This document shows positions 1-9,839 of a DNA stretch of 55,419 bases, piece by piece. This stretch comes from an uncultured virus (IMG/VR IMGVR_UViG_3300002835_000011) (Duplodnaviria; Heunggongvirae; Uroviricota; Caudoviricetes): the IMG/VR virus record IMGVR_UViG_3300002835_000011. One strand, given 5' to 3'. Both the position numbers and the translations under genes were made by a program. Each line of letters starts with the position of its first letter. Within the stretch, counting starts at the first letter, position 1. The notes below the pieces were generated by a model that had not been told where the DNA came from, did not search any database, and saw only the letters and a list, made by a program, of their open reading frames with translations.

Positions 1-6
1 TTGTTT

Positions 7-14
7 TATATATC
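7..14 (-). promoter_or_regulatory. GATATATA putative late promoter for a gene beyond the left edge
   Basis: Exact motif immediately after the stop of 15..2075; same motif recurs before many genes. Confidence 0.55.
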
Positions 15-2075
15 TCAAAAAGAATAACTAAAGCTCTCGAACGTGTTTACGTAATTTCTTGATTCGTTGCTTTTCTTTTTGAATCCCCCTTTAGGTTCTT
101 TTAATTTGATCCCTTTGTCTGCACTGAATTCTCCTCTGGATTTTTTATTAGGTCCAGATATTACCGTATATTTACCATCGTTGAATAGTGTTACTGATCC
201 TTCAGCTTCTTTCGATCTTATGGTATAAGTTGCTTTTCCACTAGGACTTGATCCCCAGCTTCCTTTCTCTTTAGAAACCCCTGGAAATTTTTTCTTGAAT
301 TCATCCTGAGCTTTCTTAATTTTTTCTACCATCTTCTGTGTACCGCCGCCGGCTTTAACCATTGTTGCTACACCTTTGTTTCCTATCTTCTTTATAGCTG
401 ATTTGTCTTTTGCAGTTATTACTACCTCTTTCTTTTCTATTTTAGGAGGTTCTGCTTTTTTAATACCAGCAACTGGAGATTTTAAGCTTTTATTTCCTTC
501 GATAGCTTTAGAGATTGCAGCATTTCTTTTTCCTAATGATGTCATCCATCCAGTTAAAGGCTTAACTGTAGGTTTAATGTATTTGTCTATAAATTTTTGA
601 GCAACTGATGTCATAGGTCTTACCGCTGTACTAAGAGCTCCCGATATTATACCTCCGATAAAAGAAGATCCTTGATCTTTTTTGAACTTATCTATACCTC
701 CAGTTATTTTTCCAGGTAAATCCATTAATCCGTTTATAACCTTACCTATTCCAGAAATACCTTTTACTATAACATCATATAGCCATCCAAAACAAGATTT
801 ACCGACATAAACAAGGAAATTTATAAGTAATTCACCAAATCCCCATCCTCCGCCTTCTTGTTCGTTTATATTACCATCCCAATTTTGATATTCAGATTCT
901 TCATTATAATCATAGCTGTCTAGAATTGCTGATTTTCCTTGATCTACTCCTTTATCTATAACACCCGCAATTGTTTTTGAGTTTTTAGCGATTTTAGGAA
1001 ATTTAGATATTGCATTTTTTACGAATGGTGCTTTCTCGCAAAGAGTTACGAAAAATTCCCCGAGCCAAGCTGAACATCCTATAGCCTTTCCTGCTCCTGC
1101 AGAAGCAACTGAACCAAATGCAGTAGATGTAAATTTATTTGTCCATCCCACAACAGATGCCTTAATACCTATACCTATTGCTCCCATACCCGGTAAAGCT
1201 TCAGAAGCCGATGCTATTAAATCTCTTATTCCTAATAATAAGCTAGCGGATCCAAATATAATTTTACCACCCCCTTTTACTATCTCTCCAACTTTCTCTG
1301 CCTTACCGATAGCTTGACTAGATTTAATTAAATCTCTAGCTCCTTCATATACTGTTATGCCTCCTGCTATAGTAGCAAGTATTGGAGTTAAAAATTGTGC
1401 AACTGGAATAAAGCTTAATATTGTTCCGATTATAGTTAAAACTAGTCCAATACATGTTAGAGGATTTTCTTTTGCGAATGCAGCTACCATAGATAATATC
1501 TTTTTGCTGAATTCCCAAACTTTCTTAGCACCGTTTGATAGTGCGTCCCATGCTTTTCCAACTTTCTTACCTACATAAGCTGCAGCTTTTTTTACTGGTT
1601 GAATCACATATTTGTTAACTGCTCCTGCAGCACTTTTTACCGTGCCTTTAACCCATCCCCATAAACCCTCTTCGATTAATTCGATTCCTTCTTTAAGTTT
1701 ACTAAGAGTAGATTCTTTTATAATATGTAATCTGTTATTTTTAAACAGTATAGAATATCCCTCGTATGTAGAATTATCTTCTAAATAAATTATATTAGAT
1801 TCTCCTTCAAACCAATCCTGGTTATGCTCATATAAAACCCCAAGCTCGTAAGTATAATAAGCCTTCTCCATAAGAAGATTATTTTCCTCCTCCGTGTTAT
1901 TTTCATTTAATGTAGGGGCGAAAAAATTAGAGAATTCATTAAAATCCCATGCTGCCATACAACCTTCTCTAAGCATAGACATTTGGTTAATTTTAGCTTC
2001 GATTAAAGAATCGCTATCAAAGCTGTAAGATTCTTCAACTTGATTAAAATTATCAAATAGTGATAAGTATTTCAT
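15..2075 (-). CDS. Large Gly/Ala-rich membrane-inserting protein with N- and C-terminal tags; probable virion internal/ejection protein; paralog of 2099..4276
   Basis: 686 aa; starts MKYLSLFDNFNQVEES; hydrophobic segments such as LTCIGLVLTIIGTILSFIPVAQFLTPILATIAGGI; ends KKSNESRNYVNTFESFSYSF. Confidence 0.6.
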   Translation of the reverse strand: MKYLSLFDNFNQVEESYSFDSDSLIEAKINQMSMLREGCMAAWDFNEFSNFFAPTLNENNTEEENNLLMEKAYYTYELGVLYEHNQDWFEGESNIIYLEDNSTYEGYSILFKNNRLHIIKESTLSKLKEGIELIEEGLWGWVKGTVKSAAGAVNKYVIQPVKKAAAYVGKKVGKAWDALSNGAKKVWEFSKKILSMVAAFAKENPLTCIGLVLTIIGTILSFIPVAQFLTPILATIAGGITVYEGARDLIKSSQAIGKAEKVGEIVKGGGKIIFGSASLLLGIRDLIASASEALPGMGAIGIGIKASVVGWTNKFTSTAFGSVASAGAGKAIGCSAWLGEFFVTLCEKAPFVKNAISKFPKIAKNSKTIAGVIDKGVDQGKSAILDSYDYNEESEYQNWDGNINEQEGGGWGFGELLINFLVYVGKSCFGWLYDVIVKGISGIGKVINGLMDLPGKITGGIDKFKKDQGSSFIGGIISGALSTAVRPMTSVAQKFIDKYIKPTVKPLTGWMTSLGKRNAAISKAIEGNKSLKSPVAGIKKAEPPKIEKKEVVITAKDKSAIKKIGNKGVATMVKAGGGTQKMVEKIKKAQDEFKKKFPGVSKEKGSWGSSPSGKATYTIRSKEAEGSVTLFNDGKYTVISGPNKKSRGEFSADKGIKLKEPKGGFKKKSNESRNYVNTFESFSYSF

Positions 2076-2098
2076 ATTATTATATATACATTAATTAA

Positions 2099-4276
2099 CT
2101 AAAAAAAAGAGAATCCCTCGAACGTTTGTATATAATTCCTAGATTCGTTCTTTTTCTTAGAAGGCTTTTTAAATCCTTCTTTAGGTGGTTGAAGATCGAT
2201 ATTTTTCTTTGCTGTGTAGTTTCCTTTGGTTCCTTCATTAGGTCCATCTTTAACCTGATATCTTCCGTTGTTATAAAGAACCACCGTACCGTGAGCAGAT
2301 TTAGATTTATACTTGAAGCATAGAGTTCCGTCATTAAGGGTTAAAAATTCTCCATCCGATTTATTTATAATAATTCCAGGAAACTTATCATTATAAAGTT
2401 TCATCTGTTGTTTCTTCACTTTTTCTTGAATAGCTGCCTGTATTTTCTTGAACTTATCATTAAAGAACCCGCCTTCCTTAGCTATAGTCCTATCCACCTT
2501 TTTACCTGAGTCAGAAGCCTGTATTTTTGCCAGATTCTGTTTATCAGTTGAAGTCAATTCAACTTTTTCGCTTGGTAGAGTACCTTTAGGCTGGGGAATT
2601 TTTCCTCCAGATACAGCAGCTTTTAAAGCAGGCTTGCTATTTACTGAATCTATTATAGATTTATTATGTTTTCCTAGTGATACCATCCAATCTGTTACTG
2701 GCTTAAACATAGGTTTTATTGTCTTCTCACAGAAGAATTCTAAAACTTTTGTTACTGGGCTAACGAAAGCTTTTAAAGCACCCCCAACAATCCATCCGAG
2801 TGTAGTATCTGAATATTCTTTATTAAAATTGGATATTGCATTATTAACTCTCTTAGGAAGATCCATCAATCCATTTAGGATTTTTCCTATCCCTGCTATT
2901 GAATCTAGTATAAGATCCCATAACCACCCCAAGGCATATTTCCCAGCTATACAAAGCATAGGAATTGCTGAGCTATTAGCATAGTCACCTAATTTTTTAC
3001 CTATAATCTCAGAAGTAGCTTTTGTTAATGCACTACCACCTAAAACTGCAGCTTTAGTTCCTGCATATTTAGCACCGGATTTAAGTACAGTCTTACTTAA
3101 AACTTTAGTTCCCGCTTTTCCAATGGACTCTATTATGTATTTTATTAATGTTTCAAACATTCCTATAGCTGCTCCTGTTGCCCCTAATGCTTTAGTTGTT
3201 TTACCAACCCAAGCTTTTGCGGGGGTAGCAACTGCAGTACTAGTTAAAGCAGCTCCAGGAACTGCAGCTTTTGCACTAGTTGTTATATCATTTATACCAA
3301 GTAATAAGCTAACGCTTCCACCTAAAAGCTTAACTCCACCAGATACAAACTCAGGTGCAGCTTTTTCAATAGGATTAACTGGACATTCTTTTACTATCTT
3401 TATACCATCAAATACGTCCCAAACACCAGTACCTACTTGTATTGCACCAGCTATTATTAATAAAACTGGGCCTGCAACAGTACCAGCTGCTGGTATAAAT
3501 GATATTATTCCAGCTATAACTTGTAGTGCTACTGAAACATAAAAAAGTATATCCTGTATAGTTATTTCTTTTAAGAAGGTAGATATTGCATTCCACACTT
3601 GTTTTGCAAAATCGTATAATTTTTTAGCTCCAGCAGTCAAAGCATTATATGCAGTTTTAAGTGGCTCTATCACATATTCCTTAACTATTTTCTTAGCGGG
3701 TTGAACTACGTTTTTATTTGTCCATTCTACTGCACCTTTAACTTTATCTGAAACGAAATTAACCACTGGATTATCAAAAAGAGACCATTCTAATAAAGCT
3801 TCGTCCGATTCGTTAAGCTTACTATCTAATATCTGATTAAAAATTCCCTCATTTATTGCTTGGTCCTGATCCTTCATCATTTTAAGAGACGATTCTTTTA
3901 TCATAAAAGCTTCACCTTCTTTAAATAAGAGTATATTACCTTCAAATTCTAAATAAGATATTATCCCTTTAGTGTGCTCTAACATCAAAGTTCTATTGTT
4001 ATCAAACCAATGAGATTTAGACTCCTCGAGCATTCCTAATTCGTAAATGTTATAAGCCTTTTCCAATAATGCTTCGGATTCATCATATCCGTGACTTTCT
4101 AAAAGATGAGAGCTTCTAAATAAATTCTTAAATTCGTCCATTGAATATCCAACAGAGCAACCGTTGTTTTTTAGGGAAAACATCTGGTTTATTTTTGACT
4201 CCAGTAGGGAATCGCTGTCGAATTTGTACGATTCATCAATTTGATTAAACCCATCGAATAAAGATAAATGTTTCAT
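2099..4276 (-). CDS. Large Gly/Ala-rich membrane-inserting protein; paralog of 15..2075
   Basis: 725 aa; shares FDSDSL.E.KINQM, EKAY..YELG.L, GIGK..NGLMDLP, KP.T.WM.SLGK and KKNESRNYIQTFEGF blocks with its neighbour. Confidence 0.6.
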   Translation of the reverse strand: MKHLSLFDGFNQIDESYKFDSDSLLESKINQMFSLKNNGCSVGYSMDEFKNLFRSSHLLESHGYDESEALLEKAYNIYELGMLEESKSHWFDNNRTLMLEHTKGIISYLEFEGNILLFKEGEAFMIKESSLKMMKDQDQAINEGIFNQILDSKLNESDEALLEWSLFDNPVVNFVSDKVKGAVEWTNKNVVQPAKKIVKEYVIEPLKTAYNALTAGAKKLYDFAKQVWNAISTFLKEITIQDILFYVSVALQVIAGIISFIPAAGTVAGPVLLIIAGAIQVGTGVWDVFDGIKIVKECPVNPIEKAAPEFVSGGVKLLGGSVSLLLGINDITTSAKAAVPGAALTSTAVATPAKAWVGKTTKALGATGAAIGMFETLIKYIIESIGKAGTKVLSKTVLKSGAKYAGTKAAVLGGSALTKATSEIIGKKLGDYANSSAIPMLCIAGKYALGWLWDLILDSIAGIGKILNGLMDLPKRVNNAISNFNKEYSDTTLGWIVGGALKAFVSPVTKVLEFFCEKTIKPMFKPVTDWMVSLGKHNKSIIDSVNSKPALKAAVSGGKIPQPKGTLPSEKVELTSTDKQNLAKIQASDSGKKVDRTIAKEGGFFNDKFKKIQAAIQEKVKKQQMKLYNDKFPGIIINKSDGEFLTLNDGTLCFKYKSKSAHGTVVLYNNGRYQVKDGPNEGTKGNYTAKKNIDLQPPKEGFKKPSKKKNESRNYIQTFEGFSFF

Positions 4277-4286
4277 TTTTTTATAA

Positions 4287-4796
4287 TTAGCAATTTTCCC
4301 CGTCCGATATCATTCCTTGCTCGCTGTGGTGCATTTCCATTGAGGATTTTAAGAATCCAAAAACCTCTTCTACGTCATCCTTAGATGTTGCTATATGATC
4401 CGTAGCCCATCCATGACCATCAGAAAGTAATGAATCAACCATTGAAGGATCCATTTCAAGTATCTCTTCGCACATTCTTTTTATATTCGATACATTAGCA
4501 AAGAACATATAGTTTTCAGTCTCGTCGTGATCCTCGTTCATTCCCTTAAGGGTTTTAGCTAACTGTAATCTCTTATAAAGCTTAGCATCCCTTTTACCTA
4601 ACTGAGCTCCTGGTTTATCCTTGTCCAGATCCTTTCTCATAAGATCCGCAATTTCGTCCTTGATCTCAGTTTTGGTTATTTTTTCCCCTTCTTCCTTATG
4701 AAAATGTCTTCTTAGAGCACCTGGGTGTTCAATAGCTCCTTTTATCCATTCCTTTTCTTCGCTTAGGAATTGATCGAATCTTTTTATTCCTGACAT
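4287..4796 (-). CDS. Hypothetical tagged protein with two modules
   Basis: 169 aa; starts MSGIKRFDQFLSEE; WIKGAIEHPGALR module, then MNE, then ENYMFF...GHGWATDHI module. Confidence 0.7.
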   Translation of the reverse strand: MSGIKRFDQFLSEEKEWIKGAIEHPGALRRHFHKEEGEKITKTEIKDEIADLMRKDLDKDKPGAQLGKRDAKLYKRLQLAKTLKGMNEDHDETENYMFFANVSNIKRMCEEILEMDPSMVDSLLSDGHGWATDHIATSKDDVEEVFGFLKSSMEMHHSEQGMISDGENC

Positions 4797-4797
4797 T

Positions 4798-4953
4798 TTA
4801 GTTGCTTAATTTAAAGTTCATCACGGAAAGAGAGAATTTCTTCCTAGACCAGTCGACCTCAAGATTAAATACTGTAATAGCACCAACTCTAATGTTTATT
4901 TGGAGTTTATCCCATTGCTTTGTGTTTGATTTCCAAGAATTTTTGAATTTCAT
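4798..4953 (-). CDS. Small hypothetical protein, 51 aa, not in the ORF track
   Basis: Translated by hand: MKFKNSWKSNTKQWDKLQINIRVGAITVFNLEVDWSRKKFSLSVMNFKLSN; lies between the GATATATA at 4972 and the next start at 4796. Confidence 0.7.
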   Translation of the reverse strand: MKFKNSWKSNTKQWDKLQINIRVGAITVFNLEVDWSRKKFSLSVMNFKLSN

Positions 4954-4971
4954 AATAATAGATTATTTCTT

Positions 4972-4979
4972 TATATATC
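4972..4979 (-). promoter_or_regulatory. GATATATA putative late promoter
   Basis: Exact motif 18 nt upstream of ATG 4953; divergent partner at 5062. Confidence 0.65.
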
Positions 4980-5061
4980 CAACTATTTATTTTAAAGGAA
5001 TGATGTGGTATATAGAATGTTAATATGATTCCACGAAACGATGTAAAAAATCAGATATGTG

Positions 5062-5069
5062 GATATATA
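5062..5069 (+). promoter_or_regulatory. GATATATA putative late promoter
   Basis: Exact motif on the plus strand 19 nt upstream of ATG 5089; orientation follows the gene. Confidence 0.65.
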
Positions 5070-5088
5070 CAATAAATAAAATTCAAAA

Positions 5089-5613
5089 ATGAAAAACATA
5101 GCACAGTATGAAAATTTTCTAAGCGGATCTCCTATGAACGAGAGACTCGAAAGAAATTCCGTAAACCTTATACAAGATGTAGCAGCTCAAATGGGTGTAG
5201 ATCCGGAAGAACTTAAAAGAATGGTTGAATTGGACTTAGCAGAAGAAGGATTAGATGAATCTAGAATCAATGAGTCTATTGTTGGTATGACTGCTTTCTT
5301 TATTATCTTCCCAAGTTTAGTTGCTGGACTTGTTAGTTTAAGTCTTGGTTCTATGTACCTAGAAGGAAGAGCTACTAATAAGAGATGGATTAAAGCTGAG
5401 GCTGAACAAAGAGTTAAAGAAATGATCAAAAAAGATCCTTCACTTATCGATAGACAAGAAGAATTAGTAATCAAAGTTGCTGAAGAGATCAAAAATGATC
5501 CTAAAATACAAGATATGCTTAAGAAATCAAAATGGGAAGGCGGAAAACAACACCCTTCTATTAAGAAAGATAGATCTTACTATAGAACACATATCTTCGG
5601 AGGAGGATATTAA
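5089..5613 (+). CDS. Hypothetical tagged membrane protein
   Basis: 174 aa; starts MKNIAQYENFL; one TM segment after RINES; has its own promoter and terminator. Confidence 0.75.
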   Translation: MKNIAQYENFLSGSPMNERLERNSVNLIQDVAAQMGVDPEELKRMVELDLAEEGLDESRINESIVGMTAFFIIFPSLVAGLVSLSLGSMYLEGRATNKRWIKAEAEQRVKEMIKKDPSLIDRQEELVIKVAEEIKNDPKIQDMLKKSKWEGGKQHPSIKKDRSYYRTHIFGGGY

Positions 5614-5630
5614 TAAATACCTAAACCAAA

Positions 5631-5660
5631 AAAAAGAAGCCCTCGTAAGAGGGCTTTTTT
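5631..5660. terminator. Bidirectional intrinsic terminator
   Basis: AAGCCCTC-GTAA-GAGGGCTT stem-loop flanked by A and T tracts between convergent genes. Confidence 0.85.
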
Positions 5661-5675
5661 AGTGGACCAAGAATA

Positions 5676-5921
5676 TTATTTTTCTTTTTTCCTTTTTTTC
5701 CTATATTTTCCAAGTTCTGCACGAACTTCCTTGTCAGTGTAATACCACCGCATATCCATCTGTGCCACACCTATAAAAAGTCTCCATACGGTCTTTCCGT
5801 TAAGATCACTATTTCTGGTGAATAATCTCCAGTGGATCCATTTGAAAGGTATTTTAAGATAATGTCTTCTCCTCCAGATTTTTTCTAAAGTATTACATTC
5901 CTGATACCTCTTTTCTTTCAT
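5676..5921 (-). CDS. Hypothetical protein
   Basis: 81 aa basic, Trp-rich ORF in operon context. Confidence 0.6.
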   Translation of the reverse strand: MKEKRYQECNTLEKIWRRRHYLKIPFKWIHWRLFTRNSDLNGKTVWRLFIGVAQMDMRWYYTDKEVRAELGKYRKKRKKEK

Positions 5922-6213
5922 AAGGATTAAAGTTTTTTGATTTTGGTGAAGGACCCAACCAAAAATGGAAGGAGAAAGCTTTTATCATATTCTTGGGAAC
6001 TTTATATTCGGCCATAACCGAATCAAATATCTCTTCCATTTTTTTATGATCACATTCGTAGTCTTGGAATGGAACAGCTTTCTGTCCAAGAGCATTAATA
6101 GGTGCTTCCTCTAATAGCTTATCCCAGTCTCCGTAAGGAGTGCTTTCTGCAAAAGACCTTTTGAATAGTTCGTTCAGTATCTTATCCGCATCTATTTTTT
6201 TATTCCTCACCAT
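5893..6213 (-). CDS. Hypothetical protein
   Basis: 106 aa ORF tightly packed in an operon. Confidence 0.65.
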   Translation of the reverse strand: MVRNKKIDADKILNELFKRSFAESTPYGDWDKLLEEAPINALGQKAVPFQDYECDHKKMEEIFDSVMAEYKVPKNMIKAFSFHFWLGPSPKSKNFNPYERKEVSGM

Positions 6214-6216
6214 AAT

Positions 6217-6456
6217 CTATTTATTTACGACGTAAACTGTATCAATTGAATAGTCACGTAGAGTAACAGCTTCTCCGTTACATTTTCTTATATCAGCAAA
6301 TCCGGATTTATACATATTCACAGTGGTAGCTTTAATCTTGGTATTATTTTCCAAAACCACTAGATATCTACAAGTTCTTCTCTTTTGAACAGTAACAAGT
6401 AATAAAGTACAAGTCAATCCAAATAGTACTATTAACATTTTTTCTTTAAGTCCCAT
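6217..6456 (-). CDS. Small membrane-anchored hypothetical protein
   Basis: 79 aa; N-terminal hydrophobic segment. Confidence 0.65.
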   Translation of the reverse strand: MGLKEKMLIVLFGLTCTLLLVTVQKRRTCRYLVVLENNTKIKATTVNMYKSGFADIRKCNGEAVTLRDYSIDTVYVVNK

Positions 6457-6458
6457 GA

Positions 6459-7136
6459 TTAGATATATTTTTTTCTAAATAATTCTATTACGTCCCATGC
6501 ATCCTCTAGAGCATTATGAGTAACCACTTCGGAGAGTCCAGCTCTTTTTTTACAATCAGATAAGCCAGGTAGAGATTCATCGTTTTTCCAATCCACAAAT
6601 AACACAGACGGATCAAGAATTCTCTGTCTTATTCTAAAAACTTGCTTCCATCTTGGTAGCTTTTCTAAAAATAGCTTATCAAACGTTCCAAAGTTTTTTC
6701 CAGCACATGTAATATGTACTTTTTGCATGTTGGACGTTAACATTGGATATCTAATACCATTCACCAATTTAGAAGTTTTTGAAAGATATTCTGGATCTAC
6801 ATCAACTAATCCGTTTCTATATAAGAACTGATATAGAGATTCAACCACTTCTTCCTCCTCCATAAATAGCATACCAGTCATATGAACCAGATCGTTCTTT
6901 TCATCCTGGTCTTTAGCTGTTTGATAATGCACTATCGATTCAACTAAATCCCGATTCATGTTAATCGCAAACATGCTTCCTGATATATTTTCTCTTTTGA
7001 TAGCTACGTGAAATTTTGGAACCTCGTCAAAAGGTAAAGGATTATTTGTGTCCTCTATAATTGCAGCCACTGATAGAATCTGGTTGTTTTCTGGGTCTAG
7101 ACCTGTTGTTTCTATATCTATTGAAACGTATTTCAT
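6459..7136 (-). CDS. DEDDh 3'-5' exonuclease (DnaQ-like superfamily)
   Basis: SIDIETTGLD (ExoI), GKNFGTFD (ExoII), THNALEDA (ExoIII). Confidence 0.85.
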   Translation of the reverse strand: MKYVSIDIETTGLDPENNQILSVAAIIEDTNNPLPFDEVPKFHVAIKRENISGSMFAINMNRDLVESIVHYQTAKDQDEKNDLVHMTGMLFMEEEEVVESLYQFLYRNGLVDVDPEYLSKTSKLVNGIRYPMLTSNMQKVHITCAGKNFGTFDKLFLEKLPRWKQVFRIRQRILDPSVLFVDWKNDESLPGLSDCKKRAGLSEVVTHNALEDAWDVIELFRKKYI

Positions 7137-7663
7137 TTTATTTTTGGATTAAAATTATAAACTTTTTCAGCATATCCATTAACGCAAGGTCTTCCTGTGT
7201 TGTAACAACCAAATACAAGTTTCCAATTTCCATACCGATCATAAAGTCTACGGAGTACCTTCATCGAAGTCTCAACATTTAGATCAATATTGGAAGCCAG
7301 ATCACTCCTTGATATCTGCTTTTGCCAAACTGAATTTGCAGTGCTTGGCATTATTTGCATAGGACCGAGAGCTCCTGCAGAAGATTTCTGGACTGGATTA
7401 TACCTCCAGTGGAAAGGACCCTGATATCGAGTTTCCACATATGCTACACCCAGAGCATATTTAATAGGTATATCATATTTTTTAGCGTAGAACTCAATGG
7501 CATTAAACATTTTAACAGCCGTAGGAGCGTTTAAATCAACGCTCCCATAGATTATATTATGTTGTGGTGTTTTAATCTCCTCAGGCTTCTTAAAATAAAG
7601 CCTAAACGGGATGGTTAAAACCCCTATTAGTCCTATTTTAGCTACTAAGGAATATGTTTTCAT
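7133..7663 (-). CDS. Lytic transglycosylase (SLT domain) with N-terminal anchor
   Basis: VAYVETR catalytic Glu, SSAGALGPMQIMPST and GCYNTG motifs. Confidence 0.85.
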   Translation of the reverse strand: MKTYSLVAKIGLIGVLTIPFRLYFKKPEEIKTPQHNIIYGSVDLNAPTAVKMFNAIEFYAKKYDIPIKYALGVAYVETRYQGPFHWRYNPVQKSSAGALGPMQIMPSTANSVWQKQISRSDLASNIDLNVETSMKVLRRLYDRYGNWKLVFGCYNTGRPCVNGYAEKVYNFNPKIK

Positions 7664-7986
7664 TGGTTGTCGTATTTTGCCTGTATACTATTAGCATAAA
7701 GATTAAATATACAGCGGCCAATTGAATCCTGATATATTTCATAGCTCCCGTTGGTACGATCTATAATCATCAATTCGTTCCTTTCGTTGATTGCTACTGA
7801 AATCTTACCTATCCTTTTAGTTTCCTTAGGTGTTGATGCTTCCTCTACCTTTTCATGATTATTAAGCTTGTGATAGATCTCTGAACAAAAATACCCAAAG
7901 GCAAAAATTAAAACCAGAGTAATAACCTTTCCTCCCTTTTTAATAAAATCACCAAAGAGACTTTTAATTTTTTCTTTTCTTTCCAT
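7660..7986 (-). CDS. Membrane-anchored hypothetical protein
   Basis: 108 aa; one TM segment; overlaps the SLT gene start. Confidence 0.7.
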   Translation of the reverse strand: MERKEKIKSLFGDFIKKGGKVITLVLIFAFGYFCSEIYHKLNNHEKVEEASTPKETKRIGKISVAINERNELMIIDRTNGSYEIYQDSIGRCIFNLYANSIQAKYDNQ

Positions 7987-8012
7987 TTTTTTTTAGTTTT
8001 AAAAGATTTGTT

Positions 8013-8031
8013 CAAAGGTAGAGCAAATCTA
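8013..8031 (-). promoter_or_regulatory. Two Bacteroidetes-type -7 boxes (TAGATTTG, TACCTTTG); putative host-RNAP early promoter
   Basis: Both match TAnnTTTG and lie upstream of the 7986 operon, within an imperfect inverted repeat (8004-8030). Confidence 0.5.
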
Positions 8032-8073
8032 AAATTAAAAAAAATGATTTCAGAAAATTATTAGATAATCTAA

Positions 8074-8352
8074 TTAGAGTTCAAGTTTAGTCGAAGAAGA
8101 ATGACAATCAGATTTTAATTCCTCGGGAATTCCTTTTGCTGCATCGAAAAAGAACTTAGGAACTTTGCCGCATTTCTTACAAGTAATTATCTCTGCTGGA
8201 ATTAATTCTTCTTTACCTGAAGGGCTCATTAAAGGAGATAGTCTTTTGAATAACATTGATGATTCCCACAGCATGTTACCTCCTTCGCACTTAATCCATG
8301 GTGTATCTTTTAGATCCACTTTTACTGTATTGAAATTATTTTGATCTTCCAT
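8074..8352 (-). CDS. Hypothetical zinc-ribbon-like protein
   Basis: 92 aa; CEGG...CKKCG. Confidence 0.65.
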   Translation of the reverse strand: MEDQNNFNTVKVDLKDTPWIKCEGGNMLWESSMLFKRLSPLMSPSGKEELIPAEIITCKKCGKVPKFFFDAAKGIPEELKSDCHSSSTKLEL

Positions 8353-8353
8353 T

Positions 8354-8731
8354 TTATTTGATTAATTTGATATATTTTTCTGCAAGAACACCCCATTTTT
8401 TAATGAACAGGTCCCTGTAATTATCTACAGATCCGTAATGATCCTCAGAGTTATTCTCGTTATTTACGACACTAGTACACTTTATAAGATCCATGATAAA
8501 TTTATCATCCTCCTCTTTTAAGCAGTCTAGAATAATAGATCTATGGGATCCAGGCAATCCACAGTAACATTTAAAAAAATGACTGGATTCATCATCTTGT
8601 AAAATGTGAGCCTCCGGCCCAAATATAAATCGATCGAAAGTATCAAAATCTGCATTTTGTGCATAATTTTTAATTCTTTCCCAATTATAAATTCTTTTGT
8701 GGAATGACATATCTCTGTGTGAATTTGTCAT
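8354..8731 (-). CDS. Hypothetical protein
   Basis: 125 aa ORF directly behind a GAAAC-N18 promoter. Confidence 0.65.
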   Translation of the reverse strand: MTNSHRDMSFHKRIYNWERIKNYAQNADFDTFDRFIFGPEAHILQDDESSHFFKCYCGLPGSHRSIILDCLKEEDDKFIMDLIKCTSVVNNENNSEDHYGSVDNYRDLFIKKWGVLAEKYIKLIK

Positions 8732-8732
8732 T

Positions 8733-8761
8733 TTTATACGTGGATGTAAGGATTAAGTTTC
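8733..8761 (-). promoter_or_regulatory. GAAAC-N18-TATAAA putative early/middle promoter
   Basis: Same spacing as six other copies in the window. Confidence 0.55.
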
Positions 8762-8767
8762 GTTTAA

Positions 8768-9793
8768 TTAAAAAAGGCCGAATTTACCAAGAATGCTAGC
8801 ACCCTGCTTAACGTCAGGGTTTACAATGTCGTTAGGATCCGGTAAAATTGGTGCTAATAAAGGATGTTCTCTGATAACGTCTGACAATAGTCTGTTGTAA
8901 TTTTCAAAGTTTCCTTCGGCATAAGCCTTTGAAATCTGATTTGTTATTTTAACTGGAACATTATAGGATAACAACCTATCCTTCATAGCATACATCAGGA
9001 GATAACTTAATTTAGCATTTAAATCTTCCTCAGTATAAACAGGACCAGAGATTTGAATATTAGATGTAAGTACTGGTGTTTTATCACCTAGATCCTTTCT
9101 AATATATCCGTTAGGCTGTATAATCAATCCATACCCAGCATTATTAACAGAGAATCTTAAAATTCCTTTCTTTTTCCTGTTTTCCCTAGTGTCTATGTAT
9201 ACACCAATCTTATCCAGTAGTTTAATAAATGGATTGTTTTTTAAATCTATATCAACAAAAGGATTTAATAGCTTATCATCTTTTCCAAGTGAATCCCTAA
9301 TTTTTAAAAAGACATCATACACAGGACTAAGAAATCTTTTCTGATCCTCATCCGGATTACTGGCCCATGCTGACATGTTATAAACCCTTATAGGTTCGCC
9401 TTTATAATCGATAATATTTCCAATCTCATTAGGTTCGTTATCTCGGAGTTTAATAGATTCTGCTGCGGAAATCCATCTATGGATATGAAAATTAGCGGGT
9501 AACCCTAAACTGATATTGAAATTTTCTGCATTAGTTGGATCCTTAAGGACCTGCTTATTTAAAAGCACCTTCCCATCAATATAGTTAGAAAAAGGGAATA
9601 GTATCTTATTGCCATTTATTTCTAGATAAATATTTCTCCCTTCTAGAAGTATATTGAAATTTTTTGAACCAACTACTTTGGATAGTATATTTTTACTGGT
9701 GATATCTATAAAAAAATCTCTAACTGATTTAGGTAGAGCTGCAAATACATCCTGGCTCTCGTTTACAAATTGAGAAAAATTCATTATGCCCAT
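8768..9793 (-). CDS. Hypothetical tagged protein
   Basis: 341 aa; starts MGIMNFSQFVNES; ends GASILGKFGLF. Confidence 0.75.
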   Translation of the reverse strand: MGIMNFSQFVNESQDVFAALPKSVRDFFIDITSKNILSKVVGSKNFNILLEGRNIYLEINGNKILFPFSNYIDGKVLLNKQVLKDPTNAENFNISLGLPANFHIHRWISAAESIKLRDNEPNEIGNIIDYKGEPIRVYNMSAWASNPDEDQKRFLSPVYDVFLKIRDSLGKDDKLLNPFVDIDLKNNPFIKLLDKIGVYIDTRENRKKKGILRFSVNNAGYGLIIQPNGYIRKDLGDKTPVLTSNIQISGPVYTEEDLNAKLSYLLMYAMKDRLLSYNVPVKITNQISKAYAEGNFENYNRLLSDVIREHPLLAPILPDPNDIVNPDVKQGASILGKFGLF

Positions 9794-9839
9794 AGATTAG
9801 TTTTTGTAATTATAGAAAAATTATACTACAGAAAAAAAC

